Assembly: GCA_918797485.1 (NCBI GenBank)
Contig: CAKKNE010000003.1
Coordinates: 3,844,001-3,908,000, forward strand
Source: Pelagomonas calceolata
Taxonomy: Eukaryota
Reading direction: 5' to 3'
DNA: 64,000 nt
The position numbers and the translations under genes are program-made. The notes below the pieces were generated by a model. The model was not told the DNA's origin. It saw nothing but the letters and a program-made list of their open reading frames with translations, and made no database searches. This document shows, piece by piece, positions 55,042-64,000 of this stretch (the stretch's first letter is position 1; every line of letters begins with the position of its first letter).

Positions 55042-55246
55042 CGATACGGCTCGTCGACGGCGCACGCGTGCGCGTCGGCTGGGTTGTTGGGCAGCAGGCT
55101 GGGAGTGCTTGTGCCGACCTCGGTTTCGCCTTCGACGCGTGCGCGGCAGCACGACGATAGGGAGAGCAGGCCTGGAGAGTGCCAAGATGGAGCGAGATGT
55201 GCCTAGCTTTCAAACTAGCCACGCGTCGGCTGCGGCCAAAAAGCTT

Positions 55247-55269
55247 GCTAGTGCCTTACCGCCGCTAGC
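55247..55269 (-). promoter_or_regulatory. CTAG-box motif copy
   Basis: Reverse complement GCTAGCGGCGGTAAGGCACTAGC; between divergent genes. Confidence 0.65.
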
Positions 55270-55437
55270 TAGCTCCGGCGCGCCAAAATCTGGGCTTGGT
55301 ATACGCCGCTGGGCAATATCAAGCAAGATTAAACGTACACAGTCCGTCGACAAGTAGCCAGGCCAGAGACTGAGACGAAGAGCCCGTCCCCAGCTGCGCT
55401 ACAAAGCGAGCACACAGCTGTACCGGCCGCCCGCTGG

Positions 55438-56872
55438 ATGATTGGCAAATCCCGGACGTGCGCGGTGCTGGCGTTGGCGCAACTCACGGGCGCCGTCGCG
55501 ACGATGAAATTAAGGAGCGGCCTGAAGATGACCGCGTCTGGAGGCGGTACAAAACTGCGGATGCCGCAGCCGGCCACGCTGGCCACGTCTGCAGCTCTAG
55601 TGTCGACGGGCGCCGTGTTCATACGGTCCAAAATGACACAAACAGCCGTAACAGTAGCAGCGAACCCGAAGATGGCCGAGGGCCTGGCCTACTCCTTCGC
55701 CGCGCTGTGCGGCAACACCGCCGCTTCACTGTTAAGGAAGCAAGTCTCACGAAGCTCAAAGGTGAAGCCCGCGGAACAAGTGGGCCTCGCGACGGCATTG
55801 CAGGGCGTCGTCGCCTGCGCCTACTGCGCCCAGCAGGGGCTATTTTCGACAGCAGTCACCTCAGCATTCTTAATACCAGCGGTCGGCTCCGCGGTCCTCA
55901 ACGCCCTCACAAAAACGCTGGAGACCAAGGCCTACGCCATCACGGACGTGTCGTTGTGTGCGCCCTTTTTAGCTTTTGATCCGGTCATGCAGTTTTTGCT
56001 GCCGGTCCGCGACGCGGCGTCCCGTTTCACGCCGTCGACGCGCGTCGTCTCCAGGAATGATGGAAGTGGGTGGTTTCTTTTCTGATTTTGAGCCGTTTCG
56101 GACCGCGTCGGGCCCGTCGCGGCGTGTCAGAGAGACAGCGATCACATCGATGGCGTCTTCACGAGACAGCGCCGCCGCGACGCCGTCGTCACGACCACAC
56201 GAGAGCCGACGCGTCGCGTGAGTGGACGGAGGCGGTCTCGCGAGACGGTATCAATCAACACAGGCGCTCTTCGCGCCGCTGGCCTGCCGAGCCTTTGGTA
56301 TTGGATGTGGATTAACAGCACAATTCCCGCCCTACCACCCTTTAGCTGTTGTTTGTGTGGGCACTGGAGCTTACTTATTAGCGTCAGTGGCCGCGAAAGC
56401 CGCAAAAACAGCGAAAAAGCAAGACTCGAAGGTCGACAGTAGAACGGCCTACGGCCTGCCCATCGGCGCCTGGATGATCCTGGGCAACTGCGCGATTTAT
56501 TCGATCACTTCCAGACTAGATAAATTAGCAGTTCTCGCGGCAGGAAAAACGCTGTACTACGCCTACGGCCGCGTCATCATGGCCTCGACGTGCTTCCTGG
56601 GCGTGAGGCCGGGCAAAGAGGCCGTCCGGGAGCTGACGCAGCCCAAAGTCGCTTCGTTAGTTCTGGCGACGTGTGCCGCGGAGGCCGTCTACATGCTCGC
56701 GTTGTATCAAGCTTTTGCGTGCATCTCGCCGGTCTACGTCACGGCGATCAAACGGGGCGGCGGCGTGCTGCTCGCTTCTTTTGCCTCCATGTTCTTTTTT
56801 AAAGAACCTCTGGCCGGCCGGGGCTTCCCGATCGCGGCGATCGTTGCTGGGGTTGTGGCGCTGTGCCTTTGA
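55438..56872 (+). CDS. EamA/DMT-family transporter with presequence; exons 55438-56004, 56264-56872
   Basis: KAYAITDVSLCAPFLAFDP, YVTAIKR, FFKEP, about 10 TMs. Confidence 0.8.
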
Positions 56873-56959
56873 AGCGAGTAAGGAGGAGTCAACTCGCTTC
56901 CATGTCGTCGCGGCGGCGGCGTTGAGGGGTTCTCTCGATGGGATTGGGTTTTCTCATTT

Positions 56960-56982
56960 GCTAGTGTCTTACAGGACGCTAG
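56960..56982 (-). promoter_or_regulatory. CTAG-box motif copy
   Basis: Reverse complement CTAGCGTCCTGTAAGACACTAGC; upstream of MYB. Confidence 0.7.
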
Positions 56983-57260
56983 GAGATTAGGCGCTTCAAT
57001 GTTGGCTTGAAGCGATCGCTGTCAGCCCAGCCGGCCAGCGCGCATAAATAGATACGCGCGAAGGAAACTCGCAGCGCAGCAGATCCCAGCGCGGAGCTCC
57101 CGCAGCACACCACACCCCAAAACAGGGAGAGCCTTGTGCCCCTCTCGCAGCAAGGCGAGACCCCGTGCAGCGCGGGCGAGTCAGACGCCGCCCGTGAAGT
57201 CAGGGCGAGCAAGGAGCAGCCTCAACACGCCGCGCGGCCGATCCAGGAGCCAAAGCCAGC

Positions 57261-58439
57261 ATGTCGGGCCCGCCCCGCGGCTATCCTTATGGATACGCCC
57301 CACCGGGCTACTACGCGGCGCCGCCGGGCTACGTCCTCGCGCCGCCGCCGGCCTACGCGCCGCCGCCGCCGCGCGTCGTCGTGCGCCAGACGCCGACGGC
57401 GAATGTGGTACATGTACCACCCCCGAGACCGTCGGGCGACCCCCTGCGCGCGAGCCTCGAAAAGAATTCGAGGCCCTTCTTCTGGACCCAAGATGAAGAA
57501 CAGAATCTGCGGGCTCTTGTAGGCGCTTTAGGGACGTCGCAATGGGCCACAGTTGCGGAGCGACTCGGTACGAAACGATCCGCCGCAGCGGTGGAACAAA
57601 GGTGGCGCGAGCACCACGCTCGCTTGCAAGGTTCCAGACCACCAGCACCTCGAGTCATCGTGCGCGGTTCGACAGGACAGCCGTCGAGGTGGTCCGCCGG
57701 CGAGGACGCCCTCCTGAAGCAATTGGTGAACGAAAACGGCATTGGGAAATGGGAGCTCATCTCCCGAAGGTTGGGGACGAACCGGCACCCGCAGGACGTG
57801 GAGAGGCGGTGGCGCGAGTCCTTTGCTGCCGCTGCTCCTCGCAGTGCGCCTCGCCGGAAGCAGTCCGGTACATCAGTACCTCAAGTTGATGGGGTGCTGC
57901 AGGCCGGTTTAGATGTCGCAAGGGGCGAGTTTGATGTAACAAAACCGACAAGAGGTACTGATACTGATGCCAACAAGCTCGCGCACGTCCTTATTAGATT
58001 AGATGATGCTCTCACCGATTTGGCGAAGGACAGCCACGCTTTGCTCGTGCGGCGCGACGAGGCGGCGCGCAAAAAGCTTGAATGTATTAAAAAGCTCGAG
58101 GAGGCGCATCAATGTCAAAAAGCTGAACTGATATTGGCGCAGTCGCGCGTGAATGAAGAAGGAGGCCAGGCCGTGCTCGACGCGGTGGATGCGCACTGGG
58201 CGCGCGTGTATCGGAGCCACTCTCGTAGACTGGAGACGGCGCGCGCCGACCTGGCGCGCGTGGAAGATGCTCTGGTGGATGCTTTAGGCAAGATGGAGGG
58301 TGGTGGGAAGGTCGGCTCCAAGGCCGTGTATTTACTCCCGAAGCCGGCGCCGGCGCCCCGCTCCAACGGTCTTCCGCCGGCGAAGCGGGCGCGATCGGAC
58401 GAGGTGGTGTTCCTCGGGACGCGCGCGGCCGCCGTGTGA
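57261..58439 (+). CDS. MYB/SANT-domain protein (2 repeats)
   Basis: WTQDEE..QWATVA..QRW and WSAGED..KWELIS..RRW. Confidence 0.85.
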   Translation: MSGPPRGYPYGYAPPGYYAAPPGYVLAPPPAYAPPPPRVVVRQTPTANVVHVPPPRPSGDPLRASLEKNSRPFFWTQDEEQNLRALVGALGTSQWATVAERLGTKRSAAAVEQRWREHHARLQGSRPPAPRVIVRGSTGQPSRWSAGEDALLKQLVNENGIGKWELISRRLGTNRHPQDVERRWRESFAAAAPRSAPRRKQSGTSVPQVDGVLQAGLDVARGEFDVTKPTRGTDTDANKLAHVLIRLDDALTDLAKDSHALLVRRDEAARKKLECIKKLEEAHQCQKAELILAQSRVNEEGGQAVLDAVDAHWARVYRSHSRRLETARADLARVEDALVDALGKMEGGGKVGSKAVYLLPKPAPAPRSNGLPPAKRARSDEVVFLGTRAAAV

Positions 58440-58462
58440 ATAATGTTCGAAACACATATTAC

Positions 58463-59212
58463 TCAGAAGTAGCCCGGCAGGACCTCCTTCACCTCGACGT
58501 CGTACACGAGTGAAACGCCGTCGGGCACGTCGACTCCGGGCGGCGCCAGATTCTTGGGCACGAGGAGCCGTCGTTTGCCTCCCGTCTTCATGCCCTTGAT
58601 GCCCTGCTCTACCCCTTCGCAGAGCACGTTCTGGAAGGGCCGCTGACCTAATTTAAAGGCGACCGGCTTGGCATCAGCAGTCGAGTCAAAAATCACCTTG
58701 TCGCCGATGGACACGCGGATCGCGAGGCCTATCACCGAGCCGGGCAGGCTCACGGCGTCGCCCGCGCGGCCCACGAGACTCTCGGTGTATTTCAAACCAG
58801 AAGGCAGCGTCACAATTTCATTGGCGCCGGCGACGGGTTCTTGAGTGCCAAGAGCCTTGATGATCTCGTCGCCCTCCACGACGAGCAAGATGCCGAAGAT
58901 GGCCAGTCCGCCGGCCAGGCCGAACCTCCTACTAAGACCGCGCGTCGCCGTGAGCACCGGATCAAATTGGTTAAAGCCGGGGCCCTCCGAGGAGTCCACA
59001 AGCTTCGTGACGTCGTAGCGCGCCGGGCGGGCCGGGGCCGGCGCGGCGGGCGCCTCCTCGGGCGCTTCGACAGCGTCGTCTGTTGCTTCGTCGGGCGCCG
59101 ACCGCGGCTGCAGGTCGTAGCGGCGCGGCGGCACGACGAGGGACCGGCGCGACCGCGGCAGCTGGTAGGCGCGGGTGCAAGCTAAGAGCGCGAAGAGCAG
59201 GGTCGCACGCAT
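58463..59212 (-). CDS. Plastid FKBP-type PPIase (FKBP17-like)
   Basis: Presequence, RRFGLAGG, TLPSGLKY, GIKGMKTGGKRRLLVP, LVYDVE. Confidence 0.85.
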   Translation of the reverse strand: MRATLLFALLACTRAYQLPRSRRSLVVPPRRYDLQPRSAPDEATDDAVEAPEEAPAAPAPARPARYDVTKLVDSSEGPGFNQFDPVLTATRGLSRRFGLAGGLAIFGILLVVEGDEIIKALGTQEPVAGANEIVTLPSGLKYTESLVGRAGDAVSLPGSVIGLAIRVSIGDKVIFDSTADAKPVAFKLGQRPFQNVLCEGVEQGIKGMKTGGKRRLLVPKNLAPPGVDVPDGVSLVYDVEVKEVLPGYF

Positions 59213-59395
59213 GGCGATGGTGAGGCACTGCTGTGAGAGGTGGTGTAATTGAACGTGCCTTTGTGACGCACAGAATTGTGCGAAGCTCGCAGCACTTCGT
59301 CTATGATTGATGGCTGATGTCTTCGCGTCGCAAGACGTCGCACAGCGGGTTGTGACGAGCGCTAAGCGGACACTGATGCCCAAAGTTGAGGCGAC

Positions 59396-59418
59396 CTAGC
59401 GTGATCAAACATACTAGC
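59396..59418 (+). promoter_or_regulatory. CTAG-box motif copy (degenerate)
   Basis: CTAGCGTGATCAAACATACTAGC; between divergent genes. Confidence 0.55.
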
Positions 59419-59487
59419 ATTGTGGTCTCCTGAACGCTTTGATTGCATCGTATAGGGCTGCCCCCGAGCGAGTTGACCACATACAAG

Positions 59488-60660
59488 ATGATCCTCACGC
59501 AGTGCGCCGTCTGCGCCACCGAGCTTGGCTTGTCATTGGGCAAGAAATGCGGCCGCTGCAGCACGCGCTACTGTGGGCCCGAATGCCAGGTGCAGCATTG
59601 GAAAGAAGGCGGGCACGACACGCTCTGCAAGAAAATAAAAAAGGCAGGCGGCGCCGAACAGTACAACGCAAATGAGAAGTACACGGAGGCCGTATTTCAC
59701 GCGGCGGCAGCGTGCGCCGAGGACACGAAGGGCCAGACGTGCTTCATCTGCACGCAAGCATTGCATTGGAAGACGAAAGAGGGCCTCGTGCGCGGGTGCG
59801 CGTGCCGTGGGACGGCGGGCTTTGCGCACGTGTCGTGCTTGGCGGAGCAGGCGAAGATTTTGTTCGCGGAGGCCGAGGAGAACAATTTGGACGACGATGT
59901 GATTTATGAGAGGTTCAGTAAGTGGTACGCGTGCAGCTTGTGCGAGCAGGAGTACCACGGTGTCGTGCGGTGCGCGCTCGGGTGGGCGTGCTGGAAGACA
60001 TACTTGGGGCGGCCGGAGGAGGACTACGCTCGGAGAATGGCGATGAACGCGCTTGGGAACGGATTATTTGAGGCTAGAGTCCCCAAGGACTCGTTGTCCG
60101 TGCGAGAGGCCGAGTTGTCTATACTGCGGCGCGTTGGCGCGCCAGAAGAGCTCATTCTCGCCACGCAGAGCAATCTTGCGAGTACGTATGAATTTGTTGG
60201 ACGGCGTGAAGAGGCTGCAACCATGCTTCGAGACGTATACTCCGGAACTTTGAAGCTATACGGCGAAGAACATAGAGAAACGCTCATAGCAGCCAACAAC
60301 TATGCGGCGTCCCTTGAAACGCTACAACGCTACCAAGAAGCCAGGTCACTGCTGCGCAAAACGATTCCCGTGGCACGACGCATCCTCGGAGAGAGTGATC
60401 GAATCACGCTCACGATGAGAAAGATTTTTGCGACGGCGCTCTACGAAGACGACAGCTCCACGCTCGACGATCTCCGCGAGGCCAAGACGACGCTCGAGGA
60501 ATCGGAACGGACCGCGCGGCGCGTGTTCGGCGGCGCACACCCGCTCGTGCTGGCGCTGAAAGGCTCCATGCGGCTGGCACGAGAAGTGCTCCGCGCCCGC
60601 GAGGCGCCCGAAGTCCTCCAAACGGCCGACGACCTCGCCGCCCATTTTGATAGCTTGTAA
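59488..60660 (+). CDS. MYND finger + RING-variant + TPR protein
   Basis: CAVC..CGRC..YCGPECQ..HW..H..C; CFIC..CACRGTAGFAHVSCL; kinesin-light-chain-type TPRs. Confidence 0.85.
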   Translation: MILTQCAVCATELGLSLGKKCGRCSTRYCGPECQVQHWKEGGHDTLCKKIKKAGGAEQYNANEKYTEAVFHAAAACAEDTKGQTCFICTQALHWKTKEGLVRGCACRGTAGFAHVSCLAEQAKILFAEAEENNLDDDVIYERFSKWYACSLCEQEYHGVVRCALGWACWKTYLGRPEEDYARRMAMNALGNGLFEARVPKDSLSVREAELSILRRVGAPEELILATQSNLASTYEFVGRREEAATMLRDVYSGTLKLYGEEHRETLIAANNYAASLETLQRYQEARSLLRKTIPVARRILGESDRITLTMRKIFATALYEDDSSTLDDLREAKTTLEESERTARRVFGGAHPLVLALKGSMRLAREVLRAREAPEVLQTADDLAAHFDSL

Positions 60661-60759
60661 GGTGATACTTGCTAGTAAGTAAAAATTGCCCTTACTCCAC
60701 TGCCACCGTGATCTGGCACGGCGTGTCGAAGCATCCCCGGGGGCCGCGTAAAAACACAC

Positions 60760-62451
60760 TTACCCGACCGGCGGCGGCAGCATTGGCCGCCGCCGCTTCC
60801 GCCGCCGCGCGCGCGGCTCCGGCGTTCTCAAGTCCAACACGTTCTCCTCGCGGTGCGAGATCTGCACGGGCGCGCGCGCCGCGAAGTAGCCCTTGAGGCC
60901 TTTCCGTTGTTGGTTCGGCGCCCGCTGCGCGACCCGTCGTAGGGCATCATCAAACCGCACGGGGCGCAGCGCGCAGTCGGCGCACGCCGTCAGGACGTCA
61001 CGCTCCTGCAAGGGTCCGGCCGCCGCCGCGAGGGCGTCCAGGGCGTTCCGCGCGAGTCGAGCGGCACATGCGAACGCGTCGCAGGCCACGGCGGGCGCCG
61101 CGTGGTACGCGAATCGGTCGATGGCTTCGATGGCCAAAGGCTTGGAATCGGGTGCGGCGAACTGGACGACCAGCGGCGGCGGGATGGTGTCGAAGCCCGC
61201 GACGGCCCGATGTAAAGTTTGGAGAGCGCCGGTCTCCATACTTGTAAGTTGCCGTTCACATGTCGGCAGCGACACGTAGAGCCGCCCCCTTAGTATAACG
61301 ACGAGCACGCCGCAGGGGTCCCGCCCCTGCAAGCGGTGGCGCAACGCTGACGAAGCGGCCCGCGACCCACTTATACTCGTCGGAAACGCGGAAGCGTGCT
61401 CCCGCATGAGCGACGACACGTTGGCCCCATCAAACACGGGCCCGCCCCTTCGAAACGCGAAGAAGTCCGGCACCCGGGCGTTGGCGGGCAGGACCACCGT
61501 CGCGTTCGGCGCGGAATCAGGCGGCAGGGCCCTGAGAGCGCATCGTGCGCCTGATAGTCCGAGGGCGCGGCTCCAGGCGCCGCGCACGCCGGCCGCCGAG
61601 GACAGCCCCGCGGCCCACCACGGCTTGCGCTCGCCGGACCAGTGGAGCACGCCGTTTCCAACAGTTCCGTTCGCCAATCCGCGCGCGCAGCCGTGGCCGC
61701 CGCCGACCTGGCAGTTCCATGCTATTGATAGGCGCTCGAATTTACCGCCCGTAGCTAGTACGAGCGGCGGGTTCGTCCCGAGCGTAAACGCTTCAGTTTT
61801 CAGATTGAGTTCAAGCCACCGCTCCACGCGCTCCGTCAGCTTCTGCTCCGCCCACCGTCGTAAGTCATAAACCACAACCCCGGCGTTAAACGCGTCCAGC
61901 GCGTCGACGTCGACGCGCGTCTCCCAGAGCAGCTCGAGCGCGTCGGGATTGCTACAATTTAAGAAGTGAGTGCCGCACGCCTTCTTCTCGCGCGCGACGG
62001 CGGCCACGGCGTTCCTACCTCTGGTAAGTGCGTTGCGGACCATGCTCGTGATGTCTCCAATGACGACGGTGTCGCTGTCGAGCCACAGAGCCTTGTCCAC
62101 ATTATCGGGTAGTATCTCTCGGAGGTAGAAGCGCGCGTAGTTCAACGCGTGCGCGAGATAGCCCTTCTTGCCGTGCCGCACCGATACGAGCCGGGCGACC
62201 CTGCGATCCTCCCAGGGCACGACGCGCCAGTCTTCTTGTGGCAGCGCGCATCGTAGGGCCGCCTGGAAATCATGGACGTCCTTTTGTTGGACGATAACGT
62301 GGACCTGGACTTGATTAAGAGCGCCTTCGAACACCGATCGGACGCAGGCCACAACCCCTAGCGCGTGGGAGCCGCTGCCGGCCACCACCACATGAGTTTT
62401 GTCGTCTGAGGCGGTGGCTGCCGCGGCCAGCAGCACGAGTGCGAACCGCAT
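60760..62451 (-). CDS. Glycosyltransferase family 8 protein
   Basis: Signal peptide, NYARFYL, WLDSD, FNAGV, HWSGERKPW. Confidence 0.85.
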   Translation of the reverse strand: MRFALVLLAAAATASDDKTHVVVAGSGSHALGVVACVRSVFEGALNQVQVHVIVQQKDVHDFQAALRCALPQEDWRVVPWEDRRVARLVSVRHGKKGYLAHALNYARFYLREILPDNVDKALWLDSDTVVIGDITSMVRNALTRGRNAVAAVAREKKACGTHFLNCSNPDALELLWETRVDVDALDAFNAGVVVYDLRRWAEQKLTERVERWLELNLKTEAFTLGTNPPLVLATGGKFERLSIAWNCQVGGGHGCARGLANGTVGNGVLHWSGERKPWWAAGLSSAAGVRGAWSRALGLSGARCALRALPPDSAPNATVVLPANARVPDFFAFRRGGPVFDGANVSSLMREHASAFPTSISGSRAASSALRHRLQGRDPCGVLVVILRGRLYVSLPTCERQLTSMETGALQTLHRAVAGFDTIPPPLVVQFAAPDSKPLAIEAIDRFAYHAAPAVACDAFACAARLARNALDALAAAAGPLQERDVLTACADCALRPVRFDDALRRVAQRAPNQQRKGLKGYFAARAPVQISHREENVLDLRTPEPRARRRKRRRPMLPPPVG

Positions 62452-62881
62452 GGCTGCTCAGGGCTTGGGGCGCATCGCTACGAGTGCGGTGTCCATCGCT
62501 GCGGCAGCGTGGTCCGTGCTTGGGGCTGCCTTTTGCCAAGCACAGCTGCATGCAAAAAAGTTTTAGGTTGCGGGTTTGAATCAGCTCGCGCGAGCACTCC
62601 GTTTTCGTGCCGTTGAGCGCTTTCAGAGCTGCCACTGACGCATGTCGCGCTAGTATGTCTAAGCTAGTTTGTCCTGGACAAAACGATTGTCTGTTTTGAG
62701 CTAGACTGGGCCACCTCGGACAGCCGGCAGGCCGGCGGTCGTCTCATATCGGCTGCGATACCGGTCGCGGCTTGCTGCTCGTCCCGCACGGGCGGTGAGG
62801 CAGTGAAACTGTTTTAACAGACGAGTGGGCCCGCAGCAGTAAAAACCGGCGCGCGCAGCGCAGCGCACGCGGCAAACAACC

Positions 62882-64000
62882 ATGTCAGGCCTCCGCCGGA
62901 AACCGCTTACCCCCAAAAGCCCAAATGTCGCCGCCGCCGCACCGCCCAAGTCGCGCTCGCCCGTGCGCCGGCGCCCCTCGCCACCCTCAAAACAAGCCGG
63001 CGACCCGCTCCAGCTCCAGGCGCGCCTGGCCGCCTCGGAGATGAAGCGCGCGCAGCTCGAGCGCGAGAACGCTCTACTAAAAAACGACGCGGAAAAAAAG
63101 GCGGCGACGATCGCCACGCTGCGCGCCGAGCTCGCGGCGGCGCGGCGCGCGGCCGTCGCCGCCGCGGCGCCGGCGCCGGCCGCCGCGGCAGCGGCGGCGG
63201 CCGCCGTCCGGGCGCCGCCGGTCGCGTCGGTGAGCTCCGACGACTCCGCCGATGTTGTACCACCGCCGCTGCCGCCGCCCGCGGACTTTGCGGCGGGTGC
63301 CCTGAGCGGCCGCGTGAACCCCACGGGCGCGGTCCTCGACGGCCGCCACGCGCCGCGCGCGTCGAGCGCGCTTTACGTGCCCGCCAAGCTCGCGGCGCCC
63401 ACAAAGGCCGCGCCGGCGTCGCCCGACGTCCGCGTGCTCGCCGAGGGCTTCGTGCCCATCGAGGCCGAGGTCGAGGCCGCCGTCGAGCCGCTGCCGCCGC
63501 CGCCCGCGGAGGCGCCGCCGGCCAGGACGCTCCGGCGGTCGCCCCGCGCGCCCACGCCGCCGCCGCCGCCACCGGCCGACGCCGCCGAGGCGCCACCGCC
63601 GCAGAAGGCCAAGCGCGCCACCGCGGCGCCGCCGCCCAAGGCGCCGCGCCGGTCGCCGCGCGCCCCTACACCGCCGCCGGCCGCCGAGGCGCCGCCACCG
63701 CCACCGAAGGTCCAGCAGCGCATCCCCAAGAAGGCGGCGGCGCGGCGGCGGCGCAGCGTGCGCCTCGCGCGGGCCGACGCCGACGAGTCGCCCGCCGCGG
63801 CGGACGAGCCCCCGCCCGCGCCGACGCCGGCGAAGCCGGCGTCGGAGGAACCCACGCCGACGCCTACACCGGCCAAAGCGAAGCCGGCGTCGGCGAGGAA
63901 AGCGCCTGCGGACGCGCCCGCGCCCACGCCGGCCAAAACAACGCCCGCGCCGACGCCCACGCCGGCCAAGTCCGCGAAGAAGAGGGTCGTTATCCGAGCG
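62882..64000 (+). CDS. 5' part of a Pro/Ala-rich coiled-coil protein (runs off window end)
   Basis: ATG 62882, MSGLRRKPLTPKSP..., no stop seen before window end. Confidence 0.65.
   Translation, partial: MSGLRRKPLTPKSPNVAAAAPPKSRSPVRRRPSPPSKQAGDPLQLQARLAASEMKRAQLERENALLKNDAEKKAATIATLRAELAAARRAAVAAAAPAPAAAAAAAAAVRAPPVASVSSDDSADVVPPPLPPPADFAAGALSGRVNPTGAVLDGRHAPRASSALYVPAKLAAPTKAAPASPDVRVLAEGFVPIEAEVEAAVEPLPPPPAEAPPARTLRRSPRAPTPPPPPPADAAEAPPPQKAKRATAAPPPKAPRRSPRAPTPPPAAEAPPPPPKVQQRIPKKAAARRRRSVRLARADADESPAAADEPPPAPTPAKPASEEPTPTPTPAKAKPASARKAPADAPAPTPAKTTPAPTPTPAKSAKKRVVIRA

Noticed and set aside
10990..59418. CTAG-box copies as a CRISPR array or attC-like cassette sites
   Set aside because: Copies are kilobases apart, in both orientations, in a eukaryotic intron-containing context; no cas or integrase gene.
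48890..63085. LERENALLK shared by the SNF2 N-terminus and the last ORF
   Set aside because: Generic coiled-coil peptide; too short to imply homology.
174..63969. Hundreds of long overlapping Arg/Ala/Pro-rich ORFs in the track (for example 49789-52269 minus)
   Set aside because: Shadow and antisense ORFs expected at about 70% GC with high GC3; no family motifs.
1..64000. tRNA, rRNA, transposase or viral hallmark genes
   Set aside because: None recognisable by eye; a covariance-model search was not possible.

Overview
Gene-dense, very GC/CpG-rich eukaryotic DNA, most consistent with a pelagophyte alga such as Pelagomonas or Aureococcus (inference from heterokont-type bipartite plastid presequences, MYND-RINGv-TPR family gene, introner-type introns). 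About 38 protein-coding genes and one KAP-NTPase pseudogene can be reconstructed. 21 introns were inferred by hand; all but four in-frame, stop-free ones are needed to restore a reading frame. Three signals stand out. (1) A 23-bp quasi-palindromic motif, CTAGCG-N4-TAA(G/C)A(C/T)ACTAGC, appears in about 11 promoter regions, mostly 160-280 bp upstream of start codons. A second motif, CGGGTTTTAC, marks four promoters that lack it. (2) Seven introns are MITE-like introners with 15-bp TIRs and 8-bp TSDs; the TSD supplies the GT/GC donor and the TIR supplies the AG acceptor, in either orientation. (3) None of the 21 introns has a canonical GTRAG donor, but 20 carry C-D-G-Y-G starting at +9 to +11. 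Unusual protein architectures include Ubl-tetraspanin, a SAP-inserted 2OG-Fe(II) oxygenase, DUF924-TilS, FERM-hydrolase, a MAPK without TxY, and a C2HC finger shared by two unrelated genes. All gene models are manual and need RNA-seq confirmation.
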